This document shows positions 9,065 to 17,480 of a DNA stretch of 19,967 nucleotides, piece by piece. Position 1 is the stretch's first letter, and each line of letters begins with the position of its first letter. This DNA is from Candidatus Thorarchaeota archaeon SMTZ1-45. GTDB lineage: Archaea > Asgardarchaeota > Thorarchaeia > Thorarchaeales > Thorarchaeaceae. The stretch is taken from NCBI GenBank assembly GCA_001563335.1, contig LRSL01000050.1, positions 1-19,967 of the forward strand, read 5' to 3'. The notes beneath the pieces were generated by a model. That model saw only the letters and a list, made by a program, of their open reading frames with translations. It had not been told where the DNA came from and did no database searches. A program made the translations under genes and the position numbers.

Positions 9065-10369
9065 TTAAACAAACTCATCAGGTGATGCACTGATATCTGC
9101 ATCTAGTTCGGTGTCCACCATTCTATCAATTCTTGCTTCAAGGTTCTGAAGAACTTTGCAAGTTCCTTTCTCCAATATTTCCTCTACAGTTACTTTCATG
9201 GAACTATCAATAATAAGATGTTGATCTATTTGACCTTCAGATTGAAGCTTGGAGAGGTCTTCAACACCTCTTTCAATTTTTGCAGCAACTTCCCAATATG
9301 GTTTAGTTACACTTCGAGGCAATCCAAAGAACATATTCATTCTAAAAATAATGTCAAGTAGAACTCCAAGGACTTTGTTATTGGAGTCATACTCATGAGG
9401 TATCTTATGCCTCACAGATCTATCCCGAAGACCAACTTGCTGACAGACATGTCGTCCTAAGACCATAACGTTCGCTGGCAATCGTTTCCATATTGGCTGT
9501 CCATATGTATTGTTATTTTCATATATTCTAACTAAAGCGTCATAATTTTCAGGGTATCGTCGCTTTATCACACGCATGAAGTATTCTTTTTGCCTACCTG
9601 GTTTGAGTGTCATTCCACCAAATTGAATAAACTCACCATTTGCAGATTTTGTGGCTTTTGCAAGCTTAGTCATATTATCAACTTTGTCACCAATTGTTGG
9701 AATGATAGGCGTTGCCATCACTCCCCCAAAAAGACCTGCCTTCCTGATCTCTTTAAGCGCAGCAAATCTTTCAGAGCTAGATGAAGCATTTGGCTCGAAT
9801 ACCTTCTGTACTTCATCATCCGCACATGTTATTGTAAATACTACATTGGCAAAAGAACGTTCATGAATCTCCTTCAGAAGGTCTATGTATTCTAGCACAA
9901 GATTCGATTTCGTAAGAATAAAGACTGGCATTCCAAAATCTAAAAGCACCTCAAGTATACGATATGTAATTTTGTACTCTCGTTCTGCTTGTTGGAATCC
10001 ATCGCTCACACCACCACATGCTCCAATCACAAGTTTTCTAGGTACTTTCTCTGCAATTCTTTTAGCATCTTCATCGTCAAGAAAAGACCAGAGTGTTTCA
10101 GTTTCTAACTCGGATTTCGATGTAAAACCAAGTTTCTTCAATTCTTTCCGAAGGAGAGTAGCAGCATTCTCTTTCACTCTAACGTGTGAATAGAAATTAT
10201 CTACATGATAGTATTCTGAATTTCCATCACAATAGACACACCCATGTTCACACCCTCTATAGGCATTAAGACTGCGGTTCATATGAAACCAACTGTCTGC
10301 TACATGTGGTTTTGAGAGTAGGGACTTTGCCTTGACACACTCATATCGCATCTCAAGCCACACTCTCAT
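9065..10369 (-). CDS. Radical SAM protein, spore-photoproduct-lyase-like/Rv2578c-like, with a C-terminal HhH-like domain (start may be the ATG at 10351)
   Basis: SLNAYRGCEHGCVYC (CxxxCxxC), VKENA, SDGFQQAE, ILTKSNLV, FTIT...FEPNASSSSERF and PIIPTIGD are characteristic of this DNA-repair-associated radical SAM family. Confidence 0.9.
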   Translation of the reverse strand: MRVWLEMRYECVKAKSLLSKPHVADSWFHMNRSLNAYRGCEHGCVYCDGNSEYYHVDNFYSHVRVKENAATLLRKELKKLGFTSKSELETETLWSFLDDEDAKRIAEKVPRKLVIGACGGVSDGFQQAEREYKITYRILEVLLDFGMPVFILTKSNLVLEYIDLLKEIHERSFANVVFTITCADDEVQKVFEPNASSSSERFAALKEIRKAGLFGGVMATPIIPTIGDKVDNMTKLAKATKSANGEFIQFGGMTLKPGRQKEYFMRVIKRRYPENYDALVRIYENNNTYGQPIWKRLPANVMVLGRHVCQQVGLRDRSVRHKIPHEYDSNNKVLGVLLDIIFRMNMFFGLPRSVTKPYWEVAAKIERGVEDLSKLQSEGQIDQHLIIDSSMKVTVEEILEKGTCKVLQNLEARIDRMVDTELDADISASPDEFV

Positions 10370-10541
10370 AAATGAGTACTAATCTGAAAGTAAATCGAAT
10401 GTGGATTATTTACTTAAAAATCGAATGAAGACTAGCTAGATTTTTTTAATTAGCACAATGATTGCTTAGAATATGGATTGCATAAAGGCTACGATTGTTT
10501 ATGTAGAGCTATGTAGAACGTTTTTAGTGCAGGTGTAACGG

Positions 10542-12272
10542 GTGACGAATGAGAATCACGAAGCATCATGGCTACACAAGGTAATGGAAGTAGTCCGTGA
10601 TGGCTTTGTCGTCATCCAAGATGAAGACATCATTATCACCAACTCCTCCTTTGCTGATATGCTTGGTTATGACAAAGAGAGTCTTGTTGATACTCCTTTT
10701 GAAGATTTGATTGAACCAATGTCACGAAGACGAGACCAGGAAATGATTGAGGCTCTAGTCACAGGCGAACATGCAACGCGATTCATTACTCGTCTTTTAT
10801 CAAAAAATAATGATGTCCTTCATGTTGAAATCACTCCAACTGAAATTAAATTAGATGGGGCGCCAGCAATCATCGCCACAATTCGAGACATCACCTCCCA
10901 AATGGAACTTGAAGCAGCTGTGACAGAACTAGAGAATCGGTTTGCCACTCTCTATGATCTATCCCCTGTTGCATATTTCACATTGAATCGAAATGGAACC
11001 ATTGAGCAGGTAAATGCGGCTGGAGAAGAATTGCTTGGTTGTGATGCTGACTTTATTATCGGTAAGTCTCTCTCAGAGTTTCTACCTGATCCTGAACCAA
11101 GATATGACCCTGGTGCAGATATCGTCAGAGAAGCAGTTAGAGGAAAAAGTGTAAGTGGGTTAGAGATTCAAATGAAAAAAGGAGATGGTAAGATTATCTG
11201 GGTTAACATCTCCTCAAGTCCTCTCACTTCAGGAACTGAGAAAGTAAGTGAGATTGGTTTGACTGCTTTTGATGTGACAACACGACGCGGTGTGGAACAG
11301 AGACTCAGACATGAGAGTGAAAGGGCTAATTTGTACATGGAGGTCATGACTAGTGATCTGAACATGACAAATCAAAATGTGCTATTCGCATTGGAGGACC
11401 TTGCAATCTCTTTAGACATTCCTGATCGTCTGCGTGGACTCCTTAGTGAAACTGCTTGGAGTGTTCGAAGTGCAGGAAGAATGATTGCCAATATGGGTGT
11501 TCTGATATCATTAGGTCAATCACCTCCAGATAAAGTCGAAACTAAGCTTCAACCCCACTTCAATAAGGCTGTTCGAGAAGCTACAAGAGACTTTGAATGG
11601 AAGACCATTAATATTGAATCCAATATTCCTGAACAATCAATCAATGTTGTTGGACATGCCTTCATGTGGTACATTTTCTTCAATATAATTCACTATTGCG
11701 CAAGTGAAGACCCTAGTACAACTGTCGAGCTAAATATCAATGCAGATAGCACTGAAGATGGTGAAATGGTCAGAATCGAATTCTTAGATCGAGGACCCGG
11801 AATTCCAGATGAACACAAGAATCAGATATTTAGACGATCCGGAGAGATAGAGGAGCAACTGGCTGGAAAAGGTCTTGGTTTGACTGTTGTTGATAGGTAT
11901 ATTGAACATCTTGGAGGAAGAGTATGGGTAGAGGATAGAGTCCTGTCAGATCCTTCTCAAGGGAGTAAGTTCATTGTACTATTGCCAGCATGGAAAGAAG
12001 AACTCAAGATTCCACCAATCATGTTCTATAAATCAGACCATTGTGTATTCTGCGGACCTGTTCTTGAATCGTTGAACGCTGTTCTGAAAGAGATGAATAT
12101 TAGTCCTGCTACTATACAACTCATCAATGTGGATGACCCTAACTCTGGTGTAAGTGAAGACGAATTACCTGCTTTGCCAACTATTTACATGGGTACTAAA
12201 CAACTTGCAGGTTTCGTATCTGAGGATGACCTGAGATATGAAATCTCCACAATGCTTCTCATGTCTGGTTAA
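10542..12272 (+). CDS. PAS-PAS histidine-kinase-like protein lacking the phospho-acceptor His, with a C-terminal thioredoxin-like CxxC domain
   Basis: Two PAS domains (NSSFADMLGY...RDIT; VNAAGEELLG...WVNISSSP...FDVT); degenerate H-box MTSDLN; HATPase DRGPGIP, IFRR, GKGLGL, GGRVWVE; tail FYKSDHCVFC...INVDD...ALPTI...GF. AGGTG lies upstream of the GTG start. Confidence 0.88.
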   Translation: MTNENHEASWLHKVMEVVRDGFVVIQDEDIIITNSSFADMLGYDKESLVDTPFEDLIEPMSRRRDQEMIEALVTGEHATRFITRLLSKNNDVLHVEITPTEIKLDGAPAIIATIRDITSQMELEAAVTELENRFATLYDLSPVAYFTLNRNGTIEQVNAAGEELLGCDADFIIGKSLSEFLPDPEPRYDPGADIVREAVRGKSVSGLEIQMKKGDGKIIWVNISSSPLTSGTEKVSEIGLTAFDVTTRRGVEQRLRHESERANLYMEVMTSDLNMTNQNVLFALEDLAISLDIPDRLRGLLSETAWSVRSAGRMIANMGVLISLGQSPPDKVETKLQPHFNKAVREATRDFEWKTINIESNIPEQSINVVGHAFMWYIFFNIIHYCASEDPSTTVELNINADSTEDGEMVRIEFLDRGPGIPDEHKNQIFRRSGEIEEQLAGKGLGLTVVDRYIEHLGGRVWVEDRVLSDPSQGSKFIVLLPAWKEELKIPPIMFYKSDHCVFCGPVLESLNAVLKEMNISPATIQLINVDDPNSGVSEDELPALPTIYMGTKQLAGFVSEDDLRYEISTMLLMSG

Positions 12273-12352
12273 ATTCATTCTTTCTATGTTGGATATTGGT
12301 GTTGAAATACTGCCCTCTTTTTTGATTCGAAATAGCTAAAGGTTTTCAAGCA

Positions 12353-12844
12353 GTGGGATTAATTTACAGAGTCTTTCTACATCATAATAACAAAAAGGTG
12401 GAAGATTTGGAATATTCTATTCGTCCTATTGGGCATATTGAGAAGGATGATACAGGTATCTATCTGGTCATAATGTCTGAATTTTGGGATGCAACGACTC
12501 ACGTTAATCTTTTTTCTCATCTTATTGTACTCTGGTGGATTCACGAACGTGATACTCCTGAAGATCGCCAAACACTAGTTTCTAATCCTCCGAGGAAGAA
12601 AGGAGCTGAACCTTCAGGAGCTTTTTCTTGCCGGTCTCCTTCACGACCAAACCCAGTAGGACACACTATTGTCAAACTTATTGCTGTTGACCCTGAGAAC
12701 TCACGATTGAGAGTTGACCATATGGATGCAAATCATGGTTCACCAATAATCGACATCAAGCCTTACCTACCCTCTTCTGATAGAGTAGATGGTGCCATGG
12801 TTGCACCTTGGTTTAAAGATTTAGAACCACGCTATACAAAGTGA
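12353..12844 (+). CDS. trmO: TrmO/TsaA-like SAM-dependent tRNA m6t6A37 methyltransferase (true start likely GTG 12398 or TTG 12407)
   Basis: IRPIGHI, FSHLIVLWWIH, GAFSCRSPSRPNPVG and DANHGSPIIDIKPY motifs. Confidence 0.85.
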   Translation: MGLIYRVFLHHNNKKVEDLEYSIRPIGHIEKDDTGIYLVIMSEFWDATTHVNLFSHLIVLWWIHERDTPEDRQTLVSNPPRKKGAEPSGAFSCRSPSRPNPVGHTIVKLIAVDPENSRLRVDHMDANHGSPIIDIKPYLPSSDRVDGAMVAPWFKDLEPRYTK

Positions 12845-12845
12845 A

Positions 12846-13802
12846 TCACTTTGGTCCTTCTAGATAATACTCTAACAAATCTTCCATGAAATCAGAGGTC
12901 TTCTTGATTATCATCATTGGGTCATCTACCACATATGTGAAGCGATATGTGACTGCTGCTACTGGTTTTGCCCATATCTGAAAGGTTGGACGAGCGAGGA
13001 AAACCGTTTCATAGTCTTTGCATACCTTTTCGAAATGACGCTGCATCTCTTTTTGATTGTAGCTCATGTGGATATTCAGGTCGAAGGTGTACCTGAATGC
13101 GTTAGCATCACCAGCCATATGTCGAAGTTTATCAATAGCCTCATCAATAGATCTGATATAGGCTTTCATTCTCCGTTCCTCCTTTATTTCCTCAATTTGT
13201 TCCTCTTTATCCCTGATTAAATCAGCCACAGCAACTCGGAAATTAGTTACCTCGCTACTTACTACTTTATTGTTTGGAAGTAGTTGCCTTGTTTCATCCG
13301 CAAGTAGAATCCTTGTATAGTTTAGGGTAATTTCTCTGACTATTCCTTCAACATTTCCCACTCTTACATAATCCCCGACTCTAAATGGTCGGGCTGCCAA
13401 TACATACAACCCACTAACAACATTACCCAGGGCTTGCGAGAAGGCGAGACCCAGCGCAGTACCAAAGATAGCTGTTAAAGATAGAAGTGCAGCCACATCT
13501 GCTTGAAATCCACTGAGTACAATCATGATTCCTGCCATGAAAAAGACTAGTCTAAGAACCAAGACAATCCCGGTGGCAGCTTCAATTCCCATTCCAATCG
13601 ATGTTAGCGATCTCTTGATTAACCTGGTTATTATGAAATAAAATGTCAATAGAATAAGAAGAGACACCAGTATCATGATGAAGGGGAGCAACAAGTTGAT
13701 GTAATAGAGAATATATCCAAGAGGATCACCAAAGGGATCTGGAGGAGGAGGAAGAGTTGTTGTGGTTTGCATTGCAGTATCGCGTAGAGGAGTGAATCCC
13801 AT
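12846..13802 (-). CDS. mscS: Small-conductance mechanosensitive channel (MscS family); start may be the ATG at 13772
   Basis: Three TM helices with pore helix GTALGLAFSQALGNVVSGL; RPFRVGDYVRVGNVEGIVREITLNYTRI...LPNNKV...VTN. Confidence 0.9.
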   Translation of the reverse strand: MGFTPLRDTAMQTTTTLPPPPDPFGDPLGYILYYINLLLPFIMILVSLLILLTFYFIITRLIKRSLTSIGMGIEAATGIVLVLRLVFFMAGIMIVLSGFQADVAALLSLTAIFGTALGLAFSQALGNVVSGLYVLAARPFRVGDYVRVGNVEGIVREITLNYTRILLADETRQLLPNNKVVSSEVTNFRVAVADLIRDKEEQIEEIKEERRMKAYIRSIDEAIDKLRHMAGDANAFRYTFDLNIHMSYNQKEMQRHFEKVCKDYETVFLARPTFQIWAKPVAAVTYRFTYVVDDPMMIIKKTSDFMEDLLEYYLEGPK

Positions 13803-13889
13803 CTATATGAATGATGTGACCTGTTCAGAGAGCAAGAAGTGAATTCTTGCGTACTATTAATAGGCAGATATGCAGTAGGTGAAAAAGAA

Positions 13890-14993
13890 ATGACTGAAGT
13901 TATTAGTAGGCGTAGATATATTACAGCTTTTCTTATCAAAATACTAATAGTCTTATCATTCCCTCTAACTGGATTTCTCTCACTATCAAGTGTTGATTGG
14001 TATTCTATTCTCTTCGTTGTTAGCGGAAATCAATTTATTATGTTCAATTCAGTCTTTTCTGTTTTTGTAGCGTTATTCATAATGCTACCTGGTATTCTCT
14101 TTGAGTACCACTTGAACAAAAAACCAATCTCGAAGTCAATACGTGGGAGAGCAGTTGCCTCATCAATTATATGCATTTTTATTGGGATCTATGTGCCCTT
14201 AGGTACGGCTTCTTTCCCTGACATGGCTTTGTTTTATGCAAGAAACTACGCACCTATCCTTACTATTGCTTTCTTTGTTATCCTTCCAGTAATATCACGA
14301 GAATCAATGTTACGGAGCGTTCCTTTTGAATCTCGTTTGAGAAGCTACAATTCCTTTAGGCAAATTTTTCGAAGAAAGATGAAACGAGAAATTCTTCTCT
14401 CGGGACTTCTTTGGGCCGGTCTTGTATTCTGTCCTTTTCTAATCAGTTCTGTTTATACAGGGTGGCACCCTCAATTTAGTTACTGGTCTCTCTTCTACGA
14501 ATATGAGATTTATGCTGAATATTCATATTTTGGTGGGTTACAGGTGATATTTTCTGATACTCTCAGGATTAATGCATTAATGCCATCTGAAATGCTATTA
14601 TTTGTCTTCTTGTCAGCAATACGTTTCATATTTGTTAGAGATATATTTCGACATCAGGTAACTATTGTCAAGAAATCACGACTTATATCAGTAGCAATCT
14701 TAGGTGAGATACTTCCTGCTGCCACTGTCACGCTTCTCACTCTAAGCGTCATTCCCCTAGAATTCATCACTCTTCTTTTCTTTCCCATGCCGATACTACC
14801 TATTGTCGGTTTCATTTATATAAAGTTCAGTAGGGCAATCCCGATAAAGGAAGAGATTTGGCAAGACCAAGAATTTAGAATGTGGTTTGAGAAGGAACAA
14901 GAATCCCGTCTTCCAGAAACAACTGATGAGTCAATTAAAGTTCCGATGTTGTATCTAATAGTTTCACAAGTCCGCAAACGTATGAAAGAATAG
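13890..14993 (+). CDS. Hypothetical multi-pass membrane protein
   Basis: Long ORF with about 9-10 hydrophobic segments. The ATG at 13890 is preceded by AGGTGA (ORF track start 13839). No family recognised. Confidence 0.75.
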   Translation: MTEVISRRRYITAFLIKILIVLSFPLTGFLSLSSVDWYSILFVVSGNQFIMFNSVFSVFVALFIMLPGILFEYHLNKKPISKSIRGRAVASSIICIFIGIYVPLGTASFPDMALFYARNYAPILTIAFFVILPVISRESMLRSVPFESRLRSYNSFRQIFRRKMKREILLSGLLWAGLVFCPFLISSVYTGWHPQFSYWSLFYEYEIYAEYSYFGGLQVIFSDTLRINALMPSEMLLFVFLSAIRFIFVRDIFRHQVTIVKKSRLISVAILGEILPAATVTLLTLSVIPLEFITLLFFPMPILPIVGFIYIKFSRAIPIKEEIWQDQEFRMWFEKEQESRLPETTDESIKVPMLYLIVSQVRKRMKE

Positions 14994-14999
14994 CCTAAT

Positions 15000-16451
15000 T
15001 CACACAGAAATAAAGACCAATGTCTTTACTACTACTGGAACCACAACATCTTCGATGATTGGCTCTCCTATGTCTATGAAATCTCCCTCCCTTAGTTTAA
15101 TCTCATCGATAGAAAGTAATTCATTTTTTATTCCAGTTTCTCGTTTCATGACATTACCGACACTATTACCAATATCTGCATCAAAACACATGAAAATGGG
15201 GGCTTGGTTTTTAACAGTATTTGGCAGAGCGTTTACAACTCCAAGTACAAATTCTCTGAGATTCTCATAAGATGGTCTAACAGACTTATTAAAAGCTAAA
15301 ATGAGCGGGTCAAAACCTTCAATCAAATCGAATCTTGATAACGCTCTCTCGATGGCATTTTTAACATCTAGTGATGACGGTTTCCTCGTGGCAATATATG
15401 GTTCGATAACAGGTAGATTCCGCAGTGGGTATTTGAGCCCTTGTGAAAGGAAAGTAGTTGAACCACTGACCTGAAGACTGAAGTTGCCTGCTCCTATCAC
15501 AGTAGCACGTATCTTGTGCTCGGGTCTTTCTACAGGTAAGTTCAATTTTGTCACTTTTTCCTTGATTGCCTTGGCTAATGATACTCCAAGATCGTTGAAC
15601 ACCCTCTCCTCACAGCCATAGTAATACTCAGCAACGCCACCGGAAAAAGTCATTGAATCAATTCTACTGTCAAACTGGAGTTGAGGTGCCATCATGAGTC
15701 TTGAAGTAATTCTTGAGAGCTGAACTTGTTGCATACTTTCAATTAGGGCATCGGCAAGAACATCCGCTATCCTATCCTGGGCGTCTTCTGAAAGTTCTTG
15801 ACCAAGTTCCAGGTTTAGTCCCACTGCTTCAGCGAGTTTCTTGCCTGTTTCTTCCAAGCGGATGATTCTTCGACTATCATCAGTAGCAATCAATCTCCCA
15901 CCAACATTGATTGCTGTAGTAGCTTCGACCCTCCCGTCCTTGCATACAGCAATATTAGATGACCCACCACCTATATCAACATTCATGATTGTTTTTCCTG
16001 TTTCGGCTGACCTTGCCACAGCACCCGATCCGTATGCTGCAAGAACAGATTCAAAATTAGGTCCTGCAGTCACAGCGACAAATTTACCTGCTTCACCAGC
16101 AAGAGAAGTTACAATCCATTCTGCATTCTCTTTTTTTGCGGTTTCCCCAGTTATGATGACTGCACCTGTGTCAATTTCAGAAACTCCAATTCCTGCTTCT
16201 CGATAGTCATTCAGAAGTAGATCTCGAAGTCGCTCGAAATCGATGTTATTTGCATCCTTGAAAGGAGTGAGGTGAATTGGACCTGAGTGGAGTATTTTTC
16301 GTTCCTTAATCTCAAACTTCTCGGAACGAGAATTCTCATTTCTCTCAAGTACAATTTGGCTGAACACGACATGGGAAGTCGAAGTACCAATATCGACTCC
16401 AACACTTGTGAGTTCCTTTCGTTTAGTTTGGATGACCATTGTCATGTTCAC
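15000..16451 (-). CDS. eutA: Ethanolamine ammonia-lyase reactivating factor EutA-like protein (ASKHA ATPase); start may be the ATG at 16445 or 16439
   Basis: SVGVDIGTSTSHVVFS, GAVIITGETAKKENA, AGKFVAVTAGPNFES, NVDIGGGSSN, IRATVIGAG, PLRNLPV and GDFIDIGEP...VPVVVKTLVF match EutA. Confidence 0.9.
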   Translation of the reverse strand: MNMTMVIQTKRKELTSVGVDIGTSTSHVVFSQIVLERNENSRSEKFEIKERKILHSGPIHLTPFKDANNIDFERLRDLLLNDYREAGIGVSEIDTGAVIITGETAKKENAEWIVTSLAGEAGKFVAVTAGPNFESVLAAYGSGAVARSAETGKTIMNVDIGGGSSNIAVCKDGRVEATTAINVGGRLIATDDSRRIIRLEETGKKLAEAVGLNLELGQELSEDAQDRIADVLADALIESMQQVQLSRITSRLMMAPQLQFDSRIDSMTFSGGVAEYYYGCEERVFNDLGVSLAKAIKEKVTKLNLPVERPEHKIRATVIGAGNFSLQVSGSTTFLSQGLKYPLRNLPVIEPYIATRKPSSLDVKNAIERALSRFDLIEGFDPLILAFNKSVRPSYENLREFVLGVVNALPNTVKNQAPIFMCFDADIGNSVGNVMKRETGIKNELLSIDEIKLREGDFIDIGEPIIEDVVVPVVVKTLVFISV

Positions 16452-16554
16452 CGTTCAGATCTATCGTGAGCCTCGAAATTCCTCCTTTTAGGTTTATGAT
16501 AACGCGCAATATTTTACTCGGTTCGTCATTGGAACAATCAGGAGTATTTGTATT

Positions 16555-17067
16555 ATGGATACTATAAAAGCGATAAGAGAACGACGAAGCATTAGAAAAT
16601 ACAAGTCAGATAATGTAAAAGAGGATGAACTAGAAACGATTCTCCAAGCAGGACGATGGGCACCATCCGCATCTAACAAACAACCTTGGCACTTCATCAT
16701 CATCCACAATGAAGACATGAGAAAGAAACTTGCTGACATTCATGACTATGGAAGATTCATGAAAGAGTCACCAGTTGTGATTGTTGTACTTGGAGACCCA
16801 GAAAAGCATCCAAGATATCACCTTGCAGACCCGCATCAAGCAGTTCAAAATATGTTGCTAGCTGCGTACTCTCTTGGATTAGCAACCTGTTGGATGGGTG
16901 TGAGAGACACAGACTTGGAACCGCAATTTCGTGAAGCTCTTGGAATTCCAGAGAAGCTTCGTGTAATCTGTTCAATATCTCTTGGATATGGTGATCAGGA
17001 CCGACAAAGCACACGATTTCCATTGGATGAAATAACTTCATGGGAAACATATGGTGGTAAGAAATAG
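16555..17067 (+). CDS. Nitroreductase family FMN-dependent oxidoreductase
   Basis: RRSIRKY, WAPSASNKQPWHF and QNMLLAAYSLGLATCW; AGGAG upstream. Confidence 0.93.
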   Translation: MDTIKAIRERRSIRKYKSDNVKEDELETILQAGRWAPSASNKQPWHFIIIHNEDMRKKLADIHDYGRFMKESPVVIVVLGDPEKHPRYHLADPHQAVQNMLLAAYSLGLATCWMGVRDTDLEPQFREALGIPEKLRVICSISLGYGDQDRQSTRFPLDEITSWETYGGKK

Positions 17068-17084
17068 CAGAGTGGGTGTTTTGA

Positions 17085-17477
17085 TTGAGTGGAGAATCTG
17101 ATTTGAAGACGCTCATGAGAAAAATGGAACCTGTGGTTGTTCCAGGAGAATTTGTTTTCTGCTCAATTCAGGAAAAACAGCTAGAAGATCTTCAACAACC
17201 TTTACTCATCTTTAGAGAACACGAAGGACCAACAGTTATTGTCACGAAAGATGTCGCTGAACAAAACAGGTTCTCATTTGATGCGATTTGGGGGCTCATT
17301 TCCCTCTCCATCCATTCAAATCTTGAAGCTGTTGGATTACTTGGTGCTATTACCTCCCATCTAGCTAATGCTGGAATTAGCGTGAATGCGGTTTCAGCCT
17401 ATTATCATGACCATCTCTTTGTTCCATATGGACGAGTCAATGAGGTGGTTTCTCTACTCTTAGATCTTTCAAAATGA
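17085..17477 (+). CDS. ACT domain-containing protein (DUF2241/ACT_7-like)
   Basis: MSGESDLKTLMRKMEP, FREHEGPTVI, HSNLEAVGLLGAIT, AGISVNAVSAYYHDHLFVP. Confidence 0.85.
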   Translation: MSGESDLKTLMRKMEPVVVPGEFVFCSIQEKQLEDLQQPLLIFREHEGPTVIVTKDVAEQNRFSFDAIWGLISLSIHSNLEAVGLLGAITSHLANAGISVNAVSAYYHDHLFVPYGRVNEVVSLLLDLSK

Positions 17478-17480
17478 TAT

